A stretch of 60,903 bases of DNA. Origin: Boseongicola sp. Its GTDB lineage: Bacteria > Pseudomonadota > Alphaproteobacteria > Rhodobacterales > Rhodobacteraceae. Each line of letters opens with the position of its first letter. Position 1 is the first letter of the stretch. Location of the stretch: assembly GCA_051009475.1 (NCBI GenBank), contig JBPCWO010000242.1, positions 1 through 60,903 on the forward strand, read 5' to 3'. The notes under the pieces are model-generated. The model searched no databases, was not told where the DNA came from, and saw nothing but the letters and a program-made list of their open reading frames with translations. Position numbers and translations under genes: made by a program. This document shows, piece after piece, positions 44,364-55,944 of the stretch.

Positions 44364-45716
44364 GTGCAGCAAGCAAATGCTGTGCATTCTGCAGTTATGG
44401 AGGAAGCACAACCGCTAGTGGGGAGGCTCACTGAGCTTTGGTCCTGGGTCGAAACGCAGGCGTCAATGCTGCTGTTGCCTTCGCGTCTTTGGCAAATCGC
44501 CGTACTCGCGCTGTGTGTTGTTTTAGCCTGGGGACTGAACAAATGGCTAAAACCAAAAACTCGCCGCTGGATGCGCGCACTTAAAGGGCGGCCGAAATGG
44601 CAGCTTCGCGCACTAGTGGTAATACATCGGCGCCTTGGGCTCATAATTTTCGCGGCGCTGGTCTGGCTTTCTGTATTGGTGATTTCAGAAATTACGCCCT
44701 TCATGTCGCGCCGGTTCATTTTGGAATTGGTGGGAACGATTGTCGTTGCGATCCTAGCAGTTGGTTTCGCGACGCGATTGATCAAGAACGCTTTTTTGCG
44801 GCGGATCGTGACCTGGTCTCTTTGGATCATCTTGCCACTTTATTTTATTGGCCTGACAGACGAGGTCGGCGCTTTTTTGGATAGCGTCGCCTTAAAGTTC
44901 GGGGACTTTCATCTTTCCGCTCTGACGGTCTGGAAAGCGTTGGTTGCGATCGCAATTCTGTTTACGGCGGCTCGGATTTTTTCCCAGACGGCGGCATCGC
45001 GAATTAATTCGAACCGGGATATTTCCCCGTCAATGCAGGTGCTTGCGGTCAAGTTCCTGCAAGTGCTGCTATATGGAGCTGCGTTTTTCCTTGGATTGAA
45101 AACGGTTGGCGTTGATCTGACGGGCCTTGCAGTTCTTTCGGGCGCCATTGGCATCGGCCTTGGATTTGGTCTGCAGAAGGTAGTGTCGAACCTTGTCTCG
45201 GGCGTCATCATCCTGTTGGACAAGTCGATCAAGCCCGGTGACGTGATCTCGATCGGCGAGACCTTTGGCTGGATAAACGCGCTTGGCGCACGCTATGTGT
45301 CGATTACGACCCGAGACGGGCGGGAATACCTGGTTCCGAACGAAGATCTGATTACCGGTCAAGTTGTGAACTGGTCGCATTCCAACGATTTTGTTCGGCT
45401 GGATATTTCTTTCGGGACTTCATATGCCGACAGCCCATACGACGTGAGAAGATTGGCCGTTGAAGCCGCGTCGGGGTGCGATCGCGTGTTGGCGTCTCGA
45501 CCACCAGTGTGCCATATCGTTGGGTTCGGCGACAGTTCTGTGGATTATTTGCTGCGGTTCTGGATTACCGACCCAACAGGCGGTCTCACAAATATCCGCG
45601 GGAACGTCTATCTCGCGCTTTGGGATGCATTTCACGAAAACGGAATCTCGATCCCATTCCCGCAACGGGAAGTTCGACTGCTGGACCATCCTCACGGCCC
45701 TGTATTGGCTGACTGA
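44364..45716 (+). CDS. Mechanosensitive ion channel (MscS) family protein
   Basis: Multiple N-terminal TM helices, then an MscS core (GLGFGLQKVVSNLVSGVIILLDKSIKPGDVI...G.V.NWS). Start is GTG 44364 or ATG 44397. Confidence 0.85.
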   Translation: MQQANAVHSAVMEEAQPLVGRLTELWSWVETQASMLLLPSRLWQIAVLALCVVLAWGLNKWLKPKTRRWMRALKGRPKWQLRALVVIHRRLGLIIFAALVWLSVLVISEITPFMSRRFILELVGTIVVAILAVGFATRLIKNAFLRRIVTWSLWIILPLYFIGLTDEVGAFLDSVALKFGDFHLSALTVWKALVAIAILFTAARIFSQTAASRINSNRDISPSMQVLAVKFLQVLLYGAAFFLGLKTVGVDLTGLAVLSGAIGIGLGFGLQKVVSNLVSGVIILLDKSIKPGDVISIGETFGWINALGARYVSITTRDGREYLVPNEDLITGQVVNWSHSNDFVRLDISFGTSYADSPYDVRRLAVEAASGCDRVLASRPPVCHIVGFGDSSVDYLLRFWITDPTGGLTNIRGNVYLALWDAFHENGISIPFPQREVRLLDHPHGPVLAD

Positions 45717-45780
45717 CCCCCTGTCGTTTCGGTTGCGAAAGCGATATCCGTCAAATGTCCCGCCTAAGGAGTGTAGCACG

Positions 45781-47574
45781 GTGCATTGGGGGAAGATTGG
45801 TGCCTTTACAGTAACCTGGGTGCTGGCGACCATTAATTTCGCTTATGCAGTTGAGTTTGTGTTCTCGACACCGGGTGCGGACCGCGACCTGCGGCGCACA
45901 TTGGCCGCATCTTCGCTGGTGCTACAGGCGCGAAACGAAAAAACCGAGGACCCCCAGGAACTTGTCGCAGCAGCCCGCGCTGACTATGGTCGGCTACTGG
46001 GAGTTTTGTACGACGCCGGACGGTTCGGTGGGGTCATTTCAATCTCGGTTGATGGCCGTGAAGCGGCGGCGATCCCGCCCCTTGGAGCGCCGGCGGAAAT
46101 TTCACGAATTTCGATTGAGATTAACCCGGGACCACTTTTTCTTTTTTCCGAAACAACCGTCCGGCCATTACCTCGCCGGGCCGAGCTTCCCGAAGAGTTT
46201 GCTGTTGGTCAGCCTGCCGGAACGAGTGCGATCCGTGACGCCGCCGAAGCTGCGATTGAAAGTTGGCGATTGGAAGGGCACGCGAAAGCTCGCGTCAGCG
46301 AACAGCGAATTTTTGCACGCCATGAAGACCACCGCCTTGCGGCACAATTGATTGTCGAACCCGGACCGGCCTTGCGTTTTGGTGAGGTCACAGTGTCTGG
46401 AAACAGGGATGTGCGCACTGGTCGCATCCACACGATTGGCGGCCTTGAAGAGGGGCAGAAATTTGATCCCGAGGAGATTGCACGCGCGGAACGTCGATTG
46501 CGGCGTACTGGCAGCTTTAGTTCTGTTGTCGTTGATGAGGCGGAAGACATCGAGGCCGGCGACACCCTGCCTTTGAATATTGCTGTTGTCGAACAGACAC
46601 CTCGGCGTTTCGGGTTTGGCGCAGAGTATTCCACCATCGACGGCGCGCGTTTGTTGGGATTCTGGCTGCACCGGAATTTTTTGGGCGGCGCTGAGCGGTT
46701 CCGCGTACACGGTGAGATTGCAGGAATCGGTGGCGAAACCGGCGGTAGCGACTATTCGTTTGGCGCCCGATATGAACGGCCGGCAACTCCGCGCGCAGAC
46801 GTTGACCTATATTTCGAACTTGGCATCGAAAAGCTGGATGAGCCGGATTTCACATCGAATTCTGGTGAATTTACACTTGGTTTCACACGTTACGCGACCG
46901 ACGATCTGACCGTCGAATTTGGATTGGGGTATCTTTACTCTGAGGTCGAAGACAGTTTCGGAACCGAGACATATTCGCTACTGACTCTGCCGTTGGGAGC
47001 AACGCTTGACCGACGCGACACCGCTCTGGACCCGACACGGGGGGTATTTGTAGAACTGGAGGCAACGCCGTTTTATGGGATTGACGACAGCGACGACGGT
47101 GCTCAGATCAATTTGGATTTGCGCGGCTACAAAACTTTTGGCGAAGAACGCCCGGTAACCGCGGCCCTTCGATTGCAACTAGGATCAATCGTGGGGCCAG
47201 AATTGCTAGAGAGCCCACAGTTCTACCGGTACTATTCCGGCGGAGCCGATACAGTTCGCGGTCAAGGTTACCAATCGCTGGCAATTGATCTGGGCGGCGG
47301 AATTCGCTCGGGTGGACGTAGCTTTGCAGGATTATCGGCAGAGGCGCGGGTGCCCGTGACAGAGGCCATTTCTGTCGTTGGGTTTTATGACTGGGGATAT
47401 ATCGGCGAGGAGAGTTTCCCGGATGGATCAGGCGGTAGCCATTCTGGCGCCGGGATTGGGTTGAGATACAATACCGGAATTGGCCCGATCCGGCTTGATA
47501 TTGCAACGCCGGTTAAAGGTGGCGCCGACAGCTCGAACTTCTACGTTTACGTCGGAATTGGGCAGGCATTTTGA
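45781..47574 (+). CDS. tamA: Outer-membrane translocation and assembly module protein TamA (Omp85 family)
   Basis: GTG 45781 follows AAGGAG (45766-45771). Signal peptide ...VLATINFAYA, POTRA-like region, and a beta-barrel ending YVYVGIGQAF. The track start 45460 overlaps mscS and is rejected. Confidence 0.8.
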   Translation: MHWGKIGAFTVTWVLATINFAYAVEFVFSTPGADRDLRRTLAASSLVLQARNEKTEDPQELVAAARADYGRLLGVLYDAGRFGGVISISVDGREAAAIPPLGAPAEISRISIEINPGPLFLFSETTVRPLPRRAELPEEFAVGQPAGTSAIRDAAEAAIESWRLEGHAKARVSEQRIFARHEDHRLAAQLIVEPGPALRFGEVTVSGNRDVRTGRIHTIGGLEEGQKFDPEEIARAERRLRRTGSFSSVVVDEAEDIEAGDTLPLNIAVVEQTPRRFGFGAEYSTIDGARLLGFWLHRNFLGGAERFRVHGEIAGIGGETGGSDYSFGARYERPATPRADVDLYFELGIEKLDEPDFTSNSGEFTLGFTRYATDDLTVEFGLGYLYSEVEDSFGTETYSLLTLPLGATLDRRDTALDPTRGVFVELEATPFYGIDDSDDGAQINLDLRGYKTFGEERPVTAALRLQLGSIVGPELLESPQFYRYYSGGADTVRGQGYQSLAIDLGGGIRSGGRSFAGLSAEARVPVTEAISVVGFYDWGYIGEESFPDGSGGSHSGAGIGLRYNTGIGPIRLDIATPVKGGADSSNFYVYVGIGQAF

Positions 47575-50500
47575 TGCGACATTTTGCGTTTCTTTTAATA
47601 ATCTTATCGCTCGTTTCCGCATCCCCGACCTTCGCACAAGAAAAACTCGGTTGGATCGACAGGATTTTCGGTGCAACTCAGGAGGAAGAAACCGAGGATG
47701 ACCCGGGAAGCTATCTTGAGAGCCTGATCGAGGAAAATCTGTCAGGAGACGGCCGTAACGTCGAGATCACAGGTTTTCAAGGCGTCCTGAGCGGTCGCGC
47801 TACGCTTGAGTCTCTAACAATCGCCGATGCAGAAGGCGTCTGGCTAACACTATCGGACGTGGTTTTGGACTGGAATCGCGGCGCGTTATTGCGTGGTCGG
47901 ATTGAAGTGGCCGAGCTTTCCGCGGAAACGATCCTATTTCCCAGACTACCTAAACCAGCCGAAAATAGCACACCTTCACCCGAGGCAACGGGCTTCAGTC
48001 TGCCGGAGTTGCCCGTATCGATTGCAATCGGCAAAGTCGAGGCCGCGAAAGTTGAAATAGGTGAGCCGGTTTTTGGCGCCGTGACAGTCGCAAGCGCGAA
48101 TGGAGCGCTGATCCTTGACGGCGGCGAGGGCTCGGCCGACTTACTAATTCGCCGACTTGATGGTGTGGGCGAACTTGTTCTGGATACGTCTTACAGCAAT
48201 TCCGACCAAGTATTGTCACTTGATCTTGAGTTGGTCGAGGACCGCGACGGCATCCTTGCTAATATGGTTGATCTGCCAGGCCGTCCGGCTTTGGAGTTTT
48301 CTATCAAGGGCGAGGCGCCGATTGACGAGTATGCCGCCGACATACGGCTAGAGACGAACGGGAGCGAGCGGCTTGCAGGGCGTGTAGCGACGACTGTGCC
48401 GGCAGCGGAAAGCGGCGCGACGTTGACGATTGCAGCCGAAATTGAGGGCGATATCTCGCCAGTTTTCCGACCTGACTATCAGCCGTTTTTTGGGCCGAAC
48501 GTTAGCCTGAGGACCAGTTTAACGACATTTGCCGACGGCCGCATAACCGTGGATGATTTGGCCATCAGCGCGGACGCGTTAACGCTGACCGGTCAGATCG
48601 ATATCGCCGCAACTGGGTTGCCCGAACAGATTGATATCACGGGGAAAATCGCAACACTTGGTGGCGAGGCCGTCTTATTACCGTTGACCGGACCGGAGAC
48701 CCGCGTTGGCCGCGTCGATCTTCGCGTCGGATTCGACGCAGAAGCTGGTGAGCCGTGGACGGGTGAATTTCGGATCTCCGGGTTAGAGCGTGCCGGGTTT
48801 TCGGCTGAAACGCTGGTTTTATCAGGAAACGGGCGCATACGCGAAGCCGCCCCGCGCGAGGTGACGGCCGCACTAAAATTTGATGCAACTGCGCTTGATC
48901 TGGGTAGTGCCAAGGCCGAGGCTGCATTAGGTGAACAGGTGAACGGCAGCGTCGATGTTTCCTGGACCGAAGGTGCGCCGATAAAACTGGATAGCTTTCT
49001 AATAACCGGAGAAAGTTACGAGCTTGATGGCGGGGCGGCAATTACGTTTCGGGAGAACGGGCCGAATATAGAAGGTCAGGCCGAATTCGGCGCGAGCAAT
49101 TTGTCGTCATTTTCCGGCCTGGCAGGGCACCCGCTTGATGGTAGCGCATCACTCCGCACAATATTTGACGCGGCACCGTTCGCCGGCACATTCGAAGTGA
49201 CTGCAGAAGGGCAAACGAGGGATTTAAAAGTCAGCCAGCCGGAAGCCGACCGAATTCTTGCCGGTGTCGCGGAAATCTCACTTAGTGCGCTACGTGATGA
49301 AACCGGTTTGACGATGTCGATCCAACGGCTGCGCACGCCGAACGCCGAATTAACAGGACACGCGGATCTGCGAACCGGAGCGTCTTCTTTGAGTTTCGAC
49401 GCACGCTTGGCTAACGCAGAACTGATTCTGCCGCAAATGTCCGGACCAATAGTGATCGATGCGGACACAAGACAAATCGACCTCCGAAACTGGGCAGTGG
49501 AATTTGGCATTGATGGTGAAACGCTAAAATTGGCGGCGAAGGGGTTAGTCTTGGATCCCTTCGAAAAGCTGGCCATCGAAGGCACGTTGCTGGCAAATAT
49601 TTCAGACCTGTCCGAATTTGCGGAACTCGCGAGGCGTCCGATATCCGGCGCACTGAAATTGGAAGCCGCCGGAGCGGCTGCATTCGACCTGTCGAGTTTC
49701 AACATAATCGGTGGGGCAAGCGGGCAAAACCTAAAAATCGGCATGCCGGATCTGGACCAACTTCTGGAAGGTGGATTTACAACGAGTTTCGACGTCGCCA
49801 AAGCGGATGAAAAAATCGACGTCGCAGCTCTCAAGATCGAAAGCGACTTCTTTGGAATAACTGCAAACGGGGCATTGGGAACCGAAGACAGCGTTTTATC
49901 TGCTTATGCGCGTTTGGATGATGTCAGCCCTTTTGTACCCGAGTTTTCAGGACCTCTTATGGCTGAGGGCAACATCACTCAGCCCTTCAAAGGCCAATAC
50001 AACTTCGATGCCGAAGCAGTGGGGCCTGGTGGGGTGACTGCCAGAATCTCGGGGAATTCAGCCGCTGATTTTTCTGCGGTCGACATGTCAGTGTCGGGGG
50101 TGGCGCCGCTTGGGCTGGCAAATCGTTTCATCCAACCACGGTCCTTGTCTGGCTCGGCCCAGTTTGAGGTATCAGTCGACGGTCCGCCAACGCTCGCAAG
50201 CGTGTCAGGTCAAATCACCAGCAGCGGCGCCCGCTTCGTTGCGCCGGCGCTTGGGGCAACCTTCGAAGATATCGCGCTTAATGTGACAATGACTGGCGCC
50301 CGCGCAAATGTTTCGGTTTCCGCTGCGGCCAGCACCGGGGGGCGCATTTCTGTCGCTGGGCCCATCGAACTAGTATCACCATTCACCGCCGATCTTGGAG
50401 CTGAGCTTTCGCGCTTCCTACTAACAAACCCGCGTCTTTACGAAACCACAGTTAGTGGGCGCGTCACGGTTTCCGGTCCGCTGCTTAATGGCGCTTTTAT

Positions 50501-51365
50501 CAGTGGCGATCTTGAACTTGGCGAAACTAACATTCGGATTCCGTCGACCGGCCTTGGCGGCACCGGGGACATTCCTGAAGTCGTTCACATGAACGAACCT
50601 CCACCGGTGCGCGGCACGCGCCGTCGTGCAGGTTTGCTGGAGACAGCCGGGAAAAGCGCAACTGGACCATCGTTTCCCCTGGATGTCCGCATAAACGCAC
50701 CGAACCGAGTATTCGTACGTGGGCGAGGACTGGACAGCGAATTTGGTGGCGGTCTCCGGGTCACTGGTACCACGCGGGAAGTCACCCCCATTGGTGCGTT
50801 CAATCTGATCCGGGGGCGACTGGATATCCTTGGGCAACGGCTGGAAATTGAAGAGGCAACGATAACAATTCAGGGTTCATTTGTTCCGATCGTTCGAATT
50901 CGGGCGACGACACAGGTCGAGGACACAACGATTAATATCATCGTCCTTGGCCCCGCAGATAATCCGGAGATTTCGTTTGAATCGCAGCCTGAGTTGCCGG
51001 AGGAAGAGGTGCTGGCTCGGTTGATATTTGGTCGGGGGATGGAAACGCTTTCGCCGCTGCAAGCTGCGCGGTTGGCGCTTGCTGTTCGAACGCTTGCGGG
51101 ACGCGGCGGCGAAGGCATAGTCGGCAACATTCGTCAGGGCGCTGGATTGGCTGATTTCGATGTGACAACCGATGACGAGGGAAACCCGGCCGTACGCGCG
51201 GGCGCATACCTGAGCGAGAATGTCTATACCGACCTAAATGTCCGCGCAGACGGCGAAACGCGTTTAAATCTGAACCTTGATGTCACCCCATCTATCACGC
51301 TGAAAGGGTCAGCTTCGAATAGTGGTGACACGAGCATTGGCGTTTTCTTTGAACGAGATTATTAG
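47574..51365 (+). CDS. tamB: Translocation and assembly module protein TamB
   Basis: About 1260 aa with an N-terminal anchor and long beta-rich repeats. DUF490-like C-terminus (...LSENVYTDLNV...GVFFERDY). TGATG overlap with tamA. Confidence 0.85.
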   Translation: MRHFAFLLIILSLVSASPTFAQEKLGWIDRIFGATQEEETEDDPGSYLESLIEENLSGDGRNVEITGFQGVLSGRATLESLTIADAEGVWLTLSDVVLDWNRGALLRGRIEVAELSAETILFPRLPKPAENSTPSPEATGFSLPELPVSIAIGKVEAAKVEIGEPVFGAVTVASANGALILDGGEGSADLLIRRLDGVGELVLDTSYSNSDQVLSLDLELVEDRDGILANMVDLPGRPALEFSIKGEAPIDEYAADIRLETNGSERLAGRVATTVPAAESGATLTIAAEIEGDISPVFRPDYQPFFGPNVSLRTSLTTFADGRITVDDLAISADALTLTGQIDIAATGLPEQIDITGKIATLGGEAVLLPLTGPETRVGRVDLRVGFDAEAGEPWTGEFRISGLERAGFSAETLVLSGNGRIREAAPREVTAALKFDATALDLGSAKAEAALGEQVNGSVDVSWTEGAPIKLDSFLITGESYELDGGAAITFRENGPNIEGQAEFGASNLSSFSGLAGHPLDGSASLRTIFDAAPFAGTFEVTAEGQTRDLKVSQPEADRILAGVAEISLSALRDETGLTMSIQRLRTPNAELTGHADLRTGASSLSFDARLANAELILPQMSGPIVIDADTRQIDLRNWAVEFGIDGETLKLAAKGLVLDPFEKLAIEGTLLANISDLSEFAELARRPISGALKLEAAGAAAFDLSSFNIIGGASGQNLKIGMPDLDQLLEGGFTTSFDVAKADEKIDVAALKIESDFFGITANGALGTEDSVLSAYARLDDVSPFVPEFSGPLMAEGNITQPFKGQYNFDAEAVGPGGVTARISGNSAADFSAVDMSVSGVAPLGLANRFIQPRSLSGSAQFEVSVDGPPTLASVSGQITSSGARFVAPALGATFEDIALNVTMTGARANVSVSAAASTGGRISVAGPIELVSPFTADLGAELSRFLLTNPRLYETTVSGRVTVSGPLLNGAFISGDLELGETNIRIPSTGLGGTGDIPEVVHMNEPPPVRGTRRRAGLLETAGKSATGPSFPLDVRINAPNRVFVRGRGLDSEFGGGLRVTGTTREVTPIGAFNLIRGRLDILGQRLEIEEATITIQGSFVPIVRIRATTQVEDTTINIIVLGPADNPEISFESQPELPEEEVLARLIFGRGMETLSPLQAARLALAVRTLAGRGGEGIVGNIRQGAGLADFDVTTDDEGNPAVRAGAYLSENVYTDLNVRADGETRLNLNLDVTPSITLKGSASNSGDTSIGVFFERDY

Positions 51366-51454
51366 CGCTGTTCTTGGAATTGAATAATTGCGGTGTTACA
51401 TTGGTTCCAAGGGGTGATCTATCGCTCCGGTATGGCGTGCAGCAAAGGAGGACA

Positions 51455-51517
51455 ATGTCCTGTCATACGTCCAAGGTGCGGTCCCTGGTGCGACCGCTGG
51501 CAATGACGGTCGTGTAA
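51455..51517 (+). CDS. Candidate 20-codon upstream ORF coupled to rsfS
   Basis: AAGGAGG (51445-51451), 3 nt, then ATG 51455. Translates to MSCHTSKVRSLVRPLAMTVV. TAA 51515-51517 overlaps the rsfS ATG (TAATG). No other support. Confidence 0.25.
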   Translation: MSCHTSKVRSLVRPLAMTVV

Positions 51518-51885
51518 TGACCGGAAACAATGCCCCGTTGACGAGCGAACAATTGCTCGACCAAATTCTGAAATCGCTGGAAGACGACAAAGCCGAGGAG
51601 ATCGTCAAGATCGACCTTAGCGGAAAATCCGAGATGGCAGATTATATGGTCATTGCCTCGGGTCGCTCATCGCGACAGGTGGCGGCGATTTCCGACCATC
51701 TGGTCGACAAGCTGAAGCAAGGCTTTGGAGTTCCATCGAAGGTCGAAGGTAAGACGACCGGGGATTGGGTGCTGATCGACACAGGCGATGTGATTGTCCA
51801 TATCTTCCGACCCGAAGTACGAGAGTTTTACCAGCTTGAGAAGATGTGGCTGACGCCGGGAAACCCGGTTTCGTCGCAGGGCTGA
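51517..51885 (+). CDS. rsfS: Ribosome silencing factor RsfS
   Basis: LEDDKAEEIVKIDLSGKSEMADYMVIASGRSSRQVAAI...WVLIDTGDVIVHIF is canonical RsfS/YbeB. Confidence 0.9.
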   Translation: MTGNNAPLTSEQLLDQILKSLEDDKAEEIVKIDLSGKSEMADYMVIASGRSSRQVAAISDHLVDKLKQGFGVPSKVEGKTTGDWVLIDTGDVIVHIFRPEVREFYQLEKMWLTPGNPVSSQG

Positions 51886-51895
51886 ACATTCAGCG

Positions 51896-52363
51896 ATGAA
51901 GATAAAACTTGCGGTGGTCGGCAAGATGCGCGCTGGCCCCGAGGCCGATCTCGTTAAAGACTACGTGTCACGATTCGATCGAACCGGTCGCGCCCTGGGT
52001 CTTGGGCCGCTGAGCATCGTCGAAGTTGAGGCGAAGAAAGGCGGGATGAATGCCGAGGCCGGTTTGTTGTCGCGCGCAACAGGCACTTCCGACCCGGTTT
52101 GCATTCTTGATGAGCGCGGCAGATCGATGACCTCACCCGAATTTGCCAAAATGCTCGCGACTTGGCGTGATCAGGGCCGCGCCGAGGCAGCATTTGTGAT
52201 CGGAGGTGCTGACGGCATTTGCCCGGAGTTGCAAGCATCTGCGCATATGTCGATGAGTTTCGGCAGCATGGTCTGGCCGCACATGATGGCTCGCGTTATG
52301 CTGACTGAACAGCTTTATCGCGCAGCTTCGATCTTGTCCGGGGCACCGTACCACCGCAATTGA
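51896..52363 (+). CDS. rlmH: 23S rRNA (pseudouridine1915-N3)-methyltransferase RlmH
   Basis: 155 aa of SPOUT type (...LDERGRSMTSPEFA...FVIGGADG...LSFGSMVWPHMMARVMLTEQLYRA). Follows rsfS, as is usual. Confidence 0.92.
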   Translation: MKIKLAVVGKMRAGPEADLVKDYVSRFDRTGRALGLGPLSIVEVEAKKGGMNAEAGLLSRATGTSDPVCILDERGRSMTSPEFAKMLATWRDQGRAEAAFVIGGADGICPELQASAHMSMSFGSMVWPHMMARVMLTEQLYRAASILSGAPYHRN

Positions 52364-52381
52364 TCGCGAGGGGTTGAAAGC

Positions 52382-54420
<2,039 letters not shown>

Positions 54421-55905
54421 CTAAACCGTCATTGTCGCCTGAACAGCCTTTTTCCAAAGCGCGTATTTTGCCGCACGGTCGTCTTCGGGCATATTGGGTT
54501 CGAACCGGGCTTGAAGCGCCCAATTGTTGGCAAACTCTTGCTGATCGGGATAGATTCCGGCTTTCATGCCAGCCAGCCAAGCCACACCCAAAGCGGTTGT
54601 TTCCTGAACTTCGGGTCGATCAACGGGGGCACCGATGATGTCGCTCAAAAACTGCATTGTCCAATCGCTTGACGACATGCCGCCATCCACTCGCAATATG
54701 CTTTCGAGCGGAGCCGGTGAATCAGCATGCATGGCTTCCAGAAGATCGCGGGTTTGGTAGCCGACGCTTTCCAATGCCGCACGCGCGAATTCGGCTGGAC
54801 CTGAGTTGCGGGTCAAACCGAAAATCGCGCCCCGGCTATCGGGATTCCAATATGGCGCGCCAAGACCCGTGAAAGCGGGCACAAGGACTACTGACTGGGC
54901 CGAGTCGGATTGTTCAGCCAAACGTTGCGATTCCTGCGCCGCACTGATGATCTTAAGCCCGTCGCGCAACCACTGGACAACAGCGCCGGCAATAAAGATC
55001 GAACCTTCCAGGGCGTAGGTTCGCTTGCCATCAAGCTGATAGGCCACAGTTGTCAAAAGCCGGTTTTTGGATCGGATCGGCTGATCGCCAGTATTCAACA
55101 GCGCAAAGCAGCCCGTGCCATAGGTGGATTTCATCATTCCGGGGTCAAAGCACGCCTGCCCGATTGTTGCGGCCTGTTGGTCACCAGCGACGCCAAGTAT
55201 CGGGATTGACCGTCCAAAAATATCGCTTGCCGTATGCCCGAATTCGTCAGCACAACTCTTAACTTCGGGCAACATCTCGATCGGAACGTCCAGAAGATCG
55301 CAAATGGTCTGGGACCATTCGCCCTTTTCGATATCGTAAAGCATCGTGCGACAAGCGTTTGTCGCATCGGTCGCGTGAACAGTGCCCTCGGTCAAACGCC
55401 AGATGATATAGGTGTCGACTGTGCCAAATAACAGCTCGCCTTTCACGGCGCGTTCGCGCGCGCCGGGGTTATGGTCGAGTATCCATTTCAGTTTAGTTGA
55501 GGAAAAATATGGATCGAACAAAAGACCGGTTCTGGACGTTATGGTTTCTTCGTGGCCTGCGGCCACCATTTCAGCACAGTAATCAGCCGTGCGCCGGTCC
55601 TGCCACACAATGGCGTTGTGCAAGGGCCTGCCCGTTTCCTTTTCCCAAACAAGAGTCGTTTCGCGCTGATTGGTGATGCCGATTGCGGCAATATCTTCTG
55701 CGCTGATCCCCGCCTTTTCGATCACAGCACGGCCAGTGGCCGCGACAGTTGACCAAAGATCCGACGGATCGTGCTCAACCCAGCCACCAGCTGGATAATG
55801 CTGTGGAAACTCTTCTTGCGCGATGGCTGTAATCTTCAGGTTTTCGTCGAACAGAATGGCGCGGCTGGACGTCGTGCCCTGATCGATAGCCATGATTTGC
55901 GTCAT
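54421..55905 (-). CDS. glpK: Glycerol kinase
   Basis: [15 protein letters not shown], canonical FGGY kinase, 494 aa. Confidence 0.97.
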   Translation of the reverse strand: MTQIMAIDQGTTSSRAILFDENLKITAIAQEEFPQHYPAGGWVEHDPSDLWSTVAATGRAVIEKAGISAEDIAAIGITNQRETTLVWEKETGRPLHNAIVWQDRRTADYCAEMVAAGHEETITSRTGLLFDPYFSSTKLKWILDHNPGARERAVKGELLFGTVDTYIIWRLTEGTVHATDATNACRTMLYDIEKGEWSQTICDLLDVPIEMLPEVKSCADEFGHTASDIFGRSIPILGVAGDQQAATIGQACFDPGMMKSTYGTGCFALLNTGDQPIRSKNRLLTTVAYQLDGKRTYALEGSIFIAGAVVQWLRDGLKIISAAQESQRLAEQSDSAQSVVLVPAFTGLGAPYWNPDSRGAIFGLTRNSGPAEFARAALESVGYQTRDLLEAMHADSPAPLESILRVDGGMSSSDWTMQFLSDIIGAPVDRPEVQETTALGVAWLAGMKAGIYPDQQEFANNWALQARFEPNMPEDDRAAKYALWKKAVQATMTV

Positions 55906-55944
55906 GAAGCGGGTCTCCGTTCGGAATCCGGTATGTTGATAGCC

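Noticed and set aside
45460-45780. Track start of the tamA ORF at 45460, overlapping mscS by 257 nt.
   Set aside because: The upstream part has no signal peptide. GTG 45781 has a consensus AAGGAG SD and yields a proper signal peptide.
49076-49834. 252-aa minus-strand ORF inside tamB, along with many other 60-200-aa antisense or off-frame ORFs in leuS, pgm, alkB, the DMGDH-like gene, mscS, tamA and the MBL gene.
   Set aside because: All lie inside genes with strong family motifs, have Arg/Pro/Ser-rich composition, and lack SD sites.
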